From Tubulanus polymorphus (Eukaryota; Animalia; Nemertea): a stretch of 64,000 nucleotides of DNA. Made by a program: the position numbers and the translations under genes. Positions 42,001 through 51,194 of this stretch are shown piece after piece. Positions within the stretch are counted from its first letter, which is position 1; each line of letters begins with the position of its first letter. The notes beneath the pieces were generated by a model. The model was not told the origin of the DNA. It saw only the letters and a list, made by a program, of their open reading frames with translations, and made no database searches. The DNA is taken from positions 8,331,950-8,395,949 of the forward strand of contig NC_134026.1 in NCBI RefSeq assembly GCF_964204645.1, given 5' to 3'.

Positions 42001-45000
42001 CTTTGTTCACATTTTCGCTGACTTGTAGATATTGGGATATTGCATTTTATAATGAACAGCTTCATTTTCAAGTCAAATTTAATGAACAATAGTGAAACTG
42101 GTCTAAGTATGAGCCAGAATCAGTGAAAGGTATACCGAGCCGTATTTACCGGGGATCATTGAAGGCACGAAATAAACCAGATCTTCGTGTTTGCGTTTTT
42201 CCTCGTATGGTATATATTCCGCCTTTCGTACCGCTACGTACATATCCCAGCCTTCGTCTTCCAGGTCGTCAGCCAAAAGAGGTTCCTCTAAATACATAAA
42301 TATATCCATGAAAATTCAAGCAGGATTTTGAAAGGGCTTTGATACTTTTTTTTGCATTTCAAACAATAATCGCAGGACTGAATACTGACCATCTTCTGCT
42401 TTAGGTTTTTTGTCTTTTTTCGTTTTCTTCTTCTCAGCAGCTTCTTCGCTTTCTGGTTCGCCTTCTGCCTCCTAAATTCAAAAACATACCACAAGTCCAA
42501 ACACGACTTCTTTACATTTTCTACATTTTTCACACTCGAATATCAAGAAGGCAAACTTCGACTACCTTATCTTCTTCTTTCCCTTCCTCTCCTTCCTCGG
42601 TCGGTTGCTCTTCCTTGCTCGTCCCCACTTTAACTTTTTCGTCTTCTTCTTTTTCTCTCTCTTCCGCTGCTCTTTTCTCTTCCTCTTCCATTTCGGGGTC
42701 CCAGTTTCGAGTGAAGAAATCCAACGATTCCTCCGCCGAAATGACACCAGACTGCAATATCAAAATCAATTCACCGAATCGTTTCATCCATTTTTTCGAA
42801 ACATTTAGCTCAGGAATATGGATCAATCCAGTAAGTTTTTCTTAAAGAACTAGCTTAATACCTGTTCCTTTGCCTTGTCCACAGTAATCTGAAAGATAAT
42901 CAAATCAAAGAAGAGATTACAGCTAAATTGCATAGATTTCTATAATATAGCCTATTTCTAGCATCTTATTTATCATCAATATTTACAAACAAAAAGAGAG
43001 AAATTATGTGACTTTTAGAATTTTTGCTGCAATGTTATTTATTGGCGAGAGAATTGGTATAAATGAATTGCTGCGATGGATATACAAACTTAATAGTATC
43101 TTAAGATGACATTCTACAAAAGCATGCCAGAAGCAAATTACCAAAGAAGCATTAGTTAAGTAATGAAGAGATTTCTTCCAGTTAATCTATGGTTATTCCA
43201 GGAATCACAATGGGCTGCGATACCTGAACTTTCAAATCACCTTATAGTAAAGTCCAGGTGAAATTGTACACAAAATGTTAACATTTTCTTCCAAAAATTG
43301 CTAATATTTCATGGGTATTATGATATATCTTTTTCAGACAATGCCTTATCAATCATCGAGATATATTAGAAGAATTTGCAAGCGCTATATCGCAAGTGCA
43401 AGTGCAATGTTTAATGATGAATCACCAATTTCGGGTTTCAAAGAACAACACCAAACTTTGTTTCCATTAGCCGCGATCACACTGAGACAATAAGACTTGG
43501 CACGGATCAGGCCTGAGTCAAATTTGGCCAGTGCCTAATAAGAGAGCGCGTTCATCCATAAACCACTGACTCGATACTAAACAATGTTTAAACAAAGCGA
43601 AGTGAGTCACGTTCACAACCACTAGCAATTCACACGCGATAATTTGACCCGTGCTAAGATTTGGCTTGGGCCTGGTCCGACGTTGTCGACATTTAGCACC
43701 CGTGTGAACAGTTGTTCCAGTCCTAATTTGGAACGGGTCAAAAATGCCCATGTAATCGCGGCTATTGTGAATCCAGCACCGAAGAATTAAAAACTGATTA
43801 ATAATTCGTGCATTTTTTTACTAATATCACCTCATCGGTCGCCTTCTTCATCGATTCTTTCCATTTCTTAGAAAGCACAGCGGCGCGTTCGTCCTGTAGG
43901 GGGAAAATCATTCAAGTGCAGGAAAAATCATGCTATATTCGAGGAAGGAATCATTGATAAATCATTGGTACGACAACGCTTCTATAAAATAGTCTGAACT
44001 CTGTTTCCACCGATGTCAACAAGCCAGCAGTTGCTCTAAAGGTTATGCAGTTTTGATCGTCACTAGTCACATGTCAAGCTTTTAACACATTCGCTACCGA
44101 TCGCAAATCTTTGGATTTGCCAAAGATTTGCTTGCATTTCCAATGAAATTCAGTGTGCGCCTTACTTTAGGCAGCCCCATAAACCATATTTCATCTCTCT
44201 TATACTGGCAAATGATTTTTAGTTTTTTTCTCGCGACTTATAGATCTCTCAGGAAGCTAGAATTAACGGCATATCTATTACAAGATTGGACAATTTTGGT
44301 GTACCGCCCATGACGGGTCATTTCGTAACTGGCAGCGAATATGTTAAAAGCTAATGCAACCAGAAAAAGTCCTTTGAGCGTTTGGTTTCAAAGAAGGTCA
44401 TTGAGCTGGTTGCAAAGTGGCAACCTCGATTCCAATCATAATTGCGCGAGCGACTACTTTATAGGTGTTGTTTCATTCCACACATGAAATCAAAATATAT
44501 ATAAAATCATTTCAAATCATCATGATGCCATGCAATTTTTACCCACACCGGGGGATAAAGGGGGTAGGTCATAACGTATCATGCGGCGTTGGCGTATTAA
44601 CTTAATAACTTCACCTTTGGCAGATAATATTGACCAGTACGCTTCCAGCGAATTTGTCGCAACTTATGAAGTTGCTTTTTGGTCTTTTTAAGTTTTCGAT
44701 CGGCTTCGTCTTCCAACTAGCGAAAATTGACAACCAAGTTATGTTTACGGCCTCACGCGGCGAGAATATTTCCATGAGTTTCGAAAATGAATATCAAAGA
44801 AAGTAAATACAGTAGACTCCGCTCAACTCTTAAGATATTCGTTGAAATATTTTCCTAAGCTATACATGGCTAAGAAGTACAGTCGAACTTGGCTAAGTCA
44901 TCATAGCTGGGATAATATGTTGACAACTTATCTGAATTATTCAGATTTAGCAAATTGAATTGGAAAAAAAATTGGGACTCAAAATGTTGACGACTAAACA

Positions 45001-48000
45001 GGGTCCCTACTATGGTCATTCAGGGATATAAGGGGTTTTCAGCATAAGTTTTTTAAGGAGAAAATTTCAAATTTCAAATTTAAAGAAAGCGTCCGCATTG
45101 CTTTCATATCCCAATTACTGTTGACTCCTCCTGAATCGGTACTGTTTATCTCTGTAAACTGGTAAATCGGTCATTTTGTAAGCAAAACAGTGGCTAATTT
45201 GGTAACCGCCTGATCGGGTAAAAATGAATCCTGGTCCCAACTGTATTGATTTGGGCGTAGTTTACCGTACTACAAATTACGAAACATTTCTAATTGCCTC
45301 TTTCTCAAAATTGAAGGAGTTTCGGACGTTTTGCTCAAATTAAAGGAGTTTCAAGCACCTTTACAAGCATTTTCGGTTTAGAAGGAGATTTCATGAAATT
45401 AAGGAGTTGTAGGGACCCGGTTAAAGTAATGTGACCACTTATCCGATGATGAATTAATCAAGGTTAACTGTATATACCATCCTAGCCAGATATTGCTCAA
45501 GTTGGACTAATTTCCACGGTCTCAAAATAATCCACCAATAAAGCAGAGTCTACTGTGTATAAGTGTATGTATAAATACCAGTGTAGCATCGTCGAATCTT
45601 GTGGTTAACTGTTTTTCTCGTAAACCGCGTAGCTTTCGTTCTGGTTTCACTTCGTCTCTGGCCTCCGATTCAGCCTTTTCCTAAACAAAAATACAAACAT
45701 GAACGAATCAAATAGACAACCAAGACACAACACGTACATCTATTCTATTTGAAATAGCCTCGAAATTGGGTTCAAGACGAGAAGAAGAACAAGTTAAGTT
45801 TCGATGAACATGTACGTACCCTCGTAGATTGGACTTTACTACGTAGTCGGTCTCTTATACTTGAAGCCAATGATTTGCTGTCTCGTCTTCGAGTCTCGGC
45901 TGTAAACAAAATAGCTAATGAATAGAAATGAATCAAAATAAAGATGTCATATCGGTTAAATCCAGATTTTGATCTGATCTGGAATTTTTCACAGGCCACT
46001 TGTATATAGAATAAACAGTAGAACCTTGTTATAGCGAACTCGGATACAAATTCATCAGATATAACAAATATAGAATTTCGTCCCGAATAAGAAAATTTGA
46101 CTAATTTCATACTGGATATAAAGAATTATCGGTTATTTTCTGGTCCCGTGAAGTTCGCTTTAATGAGGTTACACAGTATTCTAATCTAGATTTCTCATAA
46201 ACCAGATAGTTCTGTATATTTATGTAGAGACAGATGAAAAGTGAACGCAATAGCCCAAGTAACGAGACGAGTAGTACTGTATAGGTTAACTATTTATTTG
46301 ACGCACAAGCTTTCGCTTCTAATAGAAGCTTCATCAGGTGAATGAATCAGTCTCATTCACCTGATGAAGCTTCTATTCATTAGAAGCGAAAGCTTGTGCG
46401 TCAAATAAATAGTCAACCTATACAGTACTACTCGTCTCGTTACTCGGGCTATTGCGTTCACTTTTCATCTGTCTCTACATAAATAGTACTACTCGTCTCG
46501 TTACTTATTTTAAACCTGGTTAACATGGCTACTCTACGAATATTCTCATTACGCAATAGCCCAAGTGGGCTGAAAATCAATGTTTGTACTTACAGACAGC
46601 TTCTTTTTCGGGTGCGGTTGCTTGTTCCGCTTGTACCTTCTCCTCATCGACAGGAGCGGCAGGTGTAGGTTCTGCCGCATCGTCAGGCATGGCAACACCT
46701 CCATCATCCGCATCGACAGAATCTGCGCCCTCTTCTTCGCCTTCTGGTGGTTGTGTCTGCAAAAAGGTTCAAAATGAATTAATTTTACATTTAAGTAAGG
46801 ATACCAGTTCCAAGAAATAGGTTAAGATCAACTGGGTTAGATAGTTGAAAAAGAAGAATTTGATCCAAAGCCTTACAACACACCACAGCGAACTGTTCAA
46901 AGGAGGATTGATTTCAGTGACACATCTGATTTAGAATACTTGTAGAATCTAAGTTAGCACAACTTCCAGTGATAAATCTTAACAACTTTGCTGTAATACC
47001 AATACCAATACTTTTAAGAGAATCAATTTTCTAAATTTTTTTTTTCAATACCAATTCCAATACTTTAAAAGAAATCAATTTACACTAAGGAGTCTAGGTC
47101 ATTGATCGTATAAGCAACTTTTAGAGTCTATGCCTACTTCCAACTAAAACTGTTTGATTAAATGAAGTAACTAATAACTGAAATAACCCCAGGGTTAAAT
47201 CAAAACTTATTTTGCAGGTCAAGGTACGATACTAGGCTAAATTGGTCACGTTTAGAAATTTTGTTAAATGTCAAAAAAATTTTATTGTAGCATTCATATA
47301 CAAATATGTGCTACTTACCCGCCGAAGAGATGCCTCTAACTTCTGTTTACTTTGTTTTTTCGCGTTGCGGAGTTCAGCTTGAACATCTCCCTGTTTGGAT
47401 CTCAACGATTTAGCCAGCGCTCTCTGTCGCTCCTTGTGTTTCACTTTTAGATCCTCGGCCAAATTAGTGGCATCGATAATCTCATCGGCCATCTGAAAAT
47501 AATTCATCTCGATTTGAAATTTGTTGTCGATGATTCCAACTATCATTTTGGACCGGGGGATAGACCACGTTCCATAGTTGTCGCGGAAGAGTTGATTCTT
47601 TAAGAGCCAACATTATTTCACTTCTAATGTTTTAACCCCAACAAATCCTAGCGCTAGGAACAGTCATTCCTGGGCTCTAATTCGAACAACTAAGGAATAA
47701 GTCCCGTGATTTTACATGCTCAGATCGAAAGCTGAACACTTTTCACATTTTTCTAAGCATGGATATGACCCTGCCAGATTGAACTGTGGGATAAGAGTAC
47801 AGAGCTATAGTGATCAATTGCCTTCCACGTATTTTTGATAAATAAACATACCTCATCCGCTGATAGATCACTACCAGTCAGTTCGTTATAACTATCAACC
47901 ATAGACGCTCCCTAAAAAGGCAAAGAACGAAAATAAATTCAAACGTTTTTTTTTTTTTGATAGGCCTATAGCTCAAAATATTTATCAAGAAAATCTACTT

Positions 48001-48425
48001 GATTAATTGCTCTACTCCATTTATCAGGCTACGGGATACGGGTCGTGGCATTGCACATGAAGAATAGAGTCACAAAAAATGGAAATCAAGCTATAATTCT
48101 AGAAAAAAAACCCAATTCTTCACTTAGGAACGACCTAAATGGGCTAAAACTGGACTAAAACTAGGTCATGGCAGTACCTACAACCTACGGAAAGCGCCCC
48201 TAAATCAAGATCCTAGTCGTGGTTATGCAACTGAGCCTAGAATTTTTGCGTCAATTATCAAATCAATTTTCACCAGCATTTACCAATGTTTCATCCATTA
48301 TAGTTGTCTTTTTCTTCTTTTTTCCTTTTTTCGGCGGTTCGACTGTTTCATCCAGCTCCTCCGTCGTGTCCATTTGTGTCTCGCGCATGGCTTCACGCCT
48401 GCGACGTATCTTTTCCAATAGAGCC
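15051..48425 (-). CDS. CC2D2A: Coiled-coil and C2 domain-containing protein 2A (MKS6, ciliary transition zone), ~1780 codons in 41 exons; exact start exon unresolved
   Basis: Exons with GT/AG boundaries and consistent phases: 48284-48425, 47852-47911, 47319-47492, 46594-46756, 45820-45899, 45579-45680, 44615-44716, 43831-43893, 42862-42888, 42557(or 42566)-42751, 42390-42471, 42150-42287, 41539-41681, 41240-41362, 39166-39375, 38601-38657, 38445-38515, 38229-38369, 37034-37262, 36013-36305, 35205-35289, 34749-34902, 34149-34293, 33275-33413, 32687-32911, 31933-32034, 31084-31175, 30391-30558, 29753-29798, 27811-27920, 27182-27278, 26925-27023, 26300-26497, 20817-21017, 19646-19735, 19175-19271, 17574-17725, 17251-17373, 16506-16666, 15771-15846, 15051-15239. 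Recognisable CC2D2A motifs: [10 protein letters not shown]2 domain [10 protein letters not shown]...[38 protein letters not shown], and the C-terminus SGFPINLPF...[29 protein letters not shown]. Confidence 0.95.
17800..19085. mobile_element. Helentron-associated/pearl-like (HINE) non-autonomous element with internal tandem repeats
   Basis: Begins in an A-run (aacaaggggtcc). Carries four ~150-bp repeats starting tattcaacgc.cc.tggtgaccatat (~17870, 18018, 18172, 18326), a (GACG)n tract at ~19000-19034, and a terminal stem-loop agcccgcttgg...ccaagtgggct (19050-19080) followed by an A-run. Fragments at ~16340-16430 and ~41450-41520. Confidence 0.75.
20001..20212. mobile_element. Penelope-like element terminal remnant (inverted pair) with hammerhead-like core
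   Basis: Minus strand CTGAAGA-AGCTAC..GTAGC-GAAAGCTGGTAC-GTC-AAATAAA (20077-20118), facing a partial inverted copy. Confidence 0.6.
20227..20512 (-). mobile_element. piggyBac-type MITE (TTAA TSD)
   Basis: ttaa|CCCTTTCAGTGC ... GCACTGAAAGGG|ttaa; opposite orientation to the 32342 and 39638 copies. Confidence 0.85.
20547..20659. mobile_element. Harbinger-like MITE (same family as 9715-9946)
   Basis: Inverted termini ggatccagttccac / gtggaaccgggcc with internal gagttaa / ttaactc repeats. Confidence 0.65.
22007..22182. mobile_element. Tc1/mariner-type MITE
   Basis: ta|CAGTCAACCCC.GATATAC ... GTATATCGGGGGTTGACTG|ta; degraded relative at ~21354-21503. Confidence 0.8.
22270..22790 (+). pseudogene. 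Degraded extended-Tudor domain fragment, antisense within the CC2D2A intron
   Basis: Frameshifted and stop-containing translations MQPCAV / YPGDDS*RR (Tudor 'CxAxF..DxxWYR'), [11 protein letters not shown]...AQARE...[18 protein letters not shown] (Tudor-SN linker helix 'WS.EAI..F'), and [12 protein letters not shown] ('IN..LV..GLA'). Confidence 0.5.
24460..24765. mobile_element. GC-rich island with complementary ends; possible DIRS/Ngaro-type terminal repeat remnant
   Basis: GGATGTGC (24481) ... GCATATCC (24755-24762), distinctly more GC-rich than the surrounding intron. Family assignment is from recalled resemblance only. Confidence 0.35.
25688..25810 (-). mobile_element. Penelope-like element terminal remnant with hammerhead-like core
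   Basis: Minus strand CTGATGA-AGCTTCTA-TTCAT-TAGAAGC-GAAAGCTCATGC-GTC (25764-25805); near-identical to the 46261-46545 copies. Confidence 0.65.
32342..32629 (+). mobile_element. piggyBac-type MITE (TTAA TSD)
   Basis: ttaa|CCCTTTCAGTGC ... GCACTGAAAGGG|ttaa. Confidence 0.85.
35530..35690. mobile_element. Second Penelope-like family remnant (inverted arms, degenerate hammerhead core)
   Basis: Arms cccacaattgaaggct...gtttattgac / gtcaataaac...agccttcaattgtggg. Minus strand reads CTGATAA..GAAA-CAT-TGCG-ATG-TC-AATAAA. Confidence 0.55.
39638..39918 (+). mobile_element. piggyBac-type MITE (TTAA TSD), preceded by a truncated copy at ~39563-39615
   Basis: Same TIRs and internal sequence as 32342-32629. 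Confidence 0.85.
43469..43763. mobile_element. PIF/Harbinger-like MITE
   Basis: TIRs AGCCGCGATCACA / TGTAATCGCGGCT; internal accact.a.tcgatactaaacaatg...aacaaagcgaag shared with the 58038 and 61203 copies. Confidence 0.75.
44086..44343. mobile_element. Second piggyBac-type MITE family
   Basis: ttaa|CACATTCGCTACC ... GGCAGCGAATATG|ttaa. Confidence 0.7.
44810..45555. mobile_element. Four-layer nested MITE stack
   Basis: Paired termini: CAGTAGACTC/GAGTCTACTG (44810-45555) > CAGTCGAACTT/AAGGTTAACTG (44880-45470) > CAGGGTCCCTAC/GTAGGGACCCGG (44999-45420) > Tc1-type MITE (~45118-45267). Confidence 0.65.
46217..46566. mobile_element. Penelope-like inverted insertion with two hammerhead-like cores and a 16-bp TSD
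   Basis: Palindrome 46217-46485; cores at 46300-46337 (-) and 46361-46402 (+); direct repeat ACGCAATAGCCCAAGT at 46245-46260 and 46551-46566. Confidence 0.7.
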
Positions 48426-48629
48426 CTGAATAATAATACCGGGTAATATTTTCTAATACGCGTCATTAAACCATATCGAGACGACTGAATAGTTGTTCTG
48501 TTGGGACAGGAATTTACAAAAATTCAAATACTTTTTAGGGACGAGTTGAAAATCCTCATACTTTTCATGATGTGAATTCGTCGAGAGTTTTTCGAAGATT
48601 GAATTTTATTTTCAACAAAACAATTCGCA

Positions 48630-49222
48630 TTACCTGTACCATAGTTACTGTAAGGGTGGTATTAAATGCAGAAATGGAATAAATTGCCCATGGGCAAAGT
48701 GTGGTTTACCTTGAAAAAGCTAGAGGTTGTTTGGAGCAAGGGCATTACTTCTCAAAAATCTTTTAAATTTGTGACTTCAAAGTTCTATAATTCATATTGT
48801 ATTTTATCTTTCTCAAAGAATTATTTTGTAGTCAAATAAGACCAAAAATATACATTTGTTTCGTAGGGTACAGGTAGGCGCGGCAGGGAAACTAAGTATT
48901 TCATATTTTGAAAAAATATTTTTTACACCATGAAAAAATATTGAAATAAAATTCATATGACGTCACCAATCAGAGGGTGGCTGAATATTGAGTCTCGGAA
49001 ACCTCTTCCAATGTATGGCCGCGGAAGCTGAAATACCGGGACCGTAAAAAATTAATTATCTTAGTAGCGCCGGAATTCCCTCCCCGTATATCCTAGAAAC
49101 AACCAATCACATTCGCTTGTAGAGATGACGCCCCCCAGTCGAGGTCATTGCAATTTTATACGCTAGAGCTAAGAATTTTCCTGCCAAAAACAGTTTTTCG
49201 TAGAATTTTAACGAAGTTGACC
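48630..49222. promoter_or_regulatory. Putative bidirectional promoter between CC2D2A and the small plus-strand gene
   Basis: CRE TGACGTCA 48958-48965 abutting CCAAT 48966-48970; second CCAAT 49103-49107; YY1/ETS-like ATGGCCGCGGAAG ~49015-49027. RFX X-box-like sequences GTACCATAGTTAC 48636-48648, palindrome TTGCCCATGGGCAA 48684-48697 and half-site CCTAGAAAC 49092-49100. Confidence 0.55.
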
Positions 49223-50966
49223 ATGTCATCGACGGAGGTTTGCTGTGTCTTTAATCGCATCGATAATACGTCATTTAGGCCGAGACCAATAAAACATATG
49301 CTCACATTAAAAAAACGTGCCGCGATTTTACATGAATTGGCTCAATGCCAACTTCATATTGCTGACAAAAGTAAACCAATACAAGGCGCCTATCAGCTTT
49401 CGCTGTGTGATTTGAAGAAATAGAAACTAAAAAATCCAAAAAAGGCTCTGTACTTTGTAGGTATTGGTCCATAGAACATTCATACCAAATTTTGAATTGA
49501 TCTGATTAAAACTGTAGGACTAATAGCAATTTGAAGAAATAGAAACTCCACCCCCTGGGGAACAAATCCAAAAATGGCTCTGTAACTTTATAGGCCTTGG
49601 TCCATAGAACATTCATACCAAATTTTGATCTGATTAAAACTGTAAGACTAGTAGCGATTCGAAGAACAAGGTGACAGACGAACGAACGAGCGAACGACGG
49701 CTCAAAAACTGACAAATGAATTTGTGATTTAATTTCTGTTGAATAAATCTTCAGACGGCAAGTCATAAATTCAAAGATTTTTTGGGCCCATGCTTGCAAT
49801 TTAGAATTATTCCACGGTGTATACAACCCACAGTGAAAGATTCGGAGGAAAAACAATCAGTGTCACTTACTTATTAGTAGACATGTTGTCAATTCAGAAC
49901 TATCAATTCAACGAATTCTTGACGATGAATATTCCTTATTTCTTTCTCAATCAGAATGACATTGCTGCACAATATCAGAAAGGTTGCGTGCTTCTCATCA
50001 GCACAGGGCTTAAAGCCTAATATCCATTCTCTCCAGATTTAACAATTTAGCATCCACTAAAAAGATAGAACATCAAACTATCAAACTGAAAACAAAATGA
50101 TAATTCTCTAAATATAGTTAAACCGTATAGGCGCAAGGATTAGAATAATTATTAAGAGTAGGTTAAGGATTCAATGGAGCAAGGGAATGATTTCAATGGT
50201 TAGGATCTCACAGGGCAGTAGGTTAAAGATCAAGTTAAATGGAGATCGCAGCCAAGCAAGGGCTCAATTCAGGAATTATTATTCAGGGGAGGCCAACAGG
50301 CACTTAAAAATACAGCTGGCCTTGGTAGGCCTAAACATCTAAAAAAAAATTGCCTTTTCCTTAGTTAGCGTACTGCTGGGTGGGTAGAGCTTTGTTTGTG
50401 ACAGTTATAAGTAGAGTGTTTGTACAATGTATATGGCTTTATAAAATCCTGAACGGCCCAAAATTATTCTTCTGTTCCATCAAATCTTTTGCTTCCACTC
50501 AATTGTCGTCATCGCACCCATTTCTTACAGTTACTTAACAACTTGCATTGCAGCACATTTTTCCCAAAAATAGGCCTGGTGGGGGTCATCAATTCTTTAA
50601 AAATAATTTTCTCGTTTAGTTCATTGTATGTACTTGAACTCAAAGGTAACATCTCAAGAATTAATCATAAGACATTAGTTTTGTTGGACATTCGATAAAT
50701 CTCAATATAATTTAATTTAATTGACAAACTGTCAAGTTTTTCGTTCAACAGTTTCCATTGGAAAAAATTCGTAAGGCTTCAATTTGGGCTTATACCCTTT
50801 TAAGCAACACCTTCACAATGATTCTCTGATACCTTCGATGCATTTACGGGCGTCATACAGTAACTAATTGACAATTTATTCGAATTGAGTACTCGAATTG
50901 TGAATGTTAGCAACCATAAACAAATTCCATACGGACGACGGCTACGGACACGAACGCGCGGAATAA
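49223..50966 (+). CDS. Candidate small protein (47 aa) encoded by five microexons: MSSTENDIAAQYQKVHCMYLNSKFPLEKIPTINKFHTDDGYGHERAE*
   Basis: Exons 49223-49237 (ccATG...GAG|gtttgc), 49955-49982 (tttctcaatcag|...AAAG|gttgcg), 50620-50645 (tttctcgtttag|...AAG|gtaaca), 50752-50770 (tttcgttcaacag|...TTC|gtaagg) and 50911-50966 (tgttag|...TAA). Phases 0,1,0,1 join into one open frame. AATAAA at 51296-51301. Lies just downstream of a promoter-motif cluster. No homolog recognised. Confidence 0.55.
49415..49705. mobile_element. Second HINE-like element fragment
   Basis: Two ~120-bp tandem units (gaagaaatagaaact...ggtccatagaacattcataccaaattttga) followed by a (GAAC)n-like microsatellite. Confidence 0.55.
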
Positions 50967-51028
50967 TCTGAACATAAAGGGTTGCTCCGAGAATATCCAA
51001 GTCAATATATCGAAGTTTAGATTAATGG

Positions 51029-51194
51029 CAGTGGAACCCGACGAACTTCATAGCGGTACCAGAAAATCTGTTCGTTATAACCGATAGTTCGTTGTATCCA
51101 GTATGAAATTAATTAGGGTTCGTTCTGCTGCTCACTTGGGACGAAATTCTGTATTTGTTATATCCGATGAATCGTTGATAACGAGGTTCCACTG
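51029..51194. mobile_element. Tc1/mariner-type MITE
   Basis: CAGTGGAACC ... GGTTCCACTG|ta, same family as 14143-14318. Confidence 0.7.

Noticed and set aside
48634-48642. ATG GTA CAG|gtaatg as CC2D2A first coding exon
   Set aside because: Ends in phase 0, whereas the exon starting at 48425 requires phase 2.
50805-50859. Alternative exon 4 (QHLHNDSLIPSMHLRASY) for the small plus-strand gene
   Set aside because: Needs a weaker AAG acceptor and a 51-nt intron, shorter than any other intron seen here; 50752-50770 has better sites.
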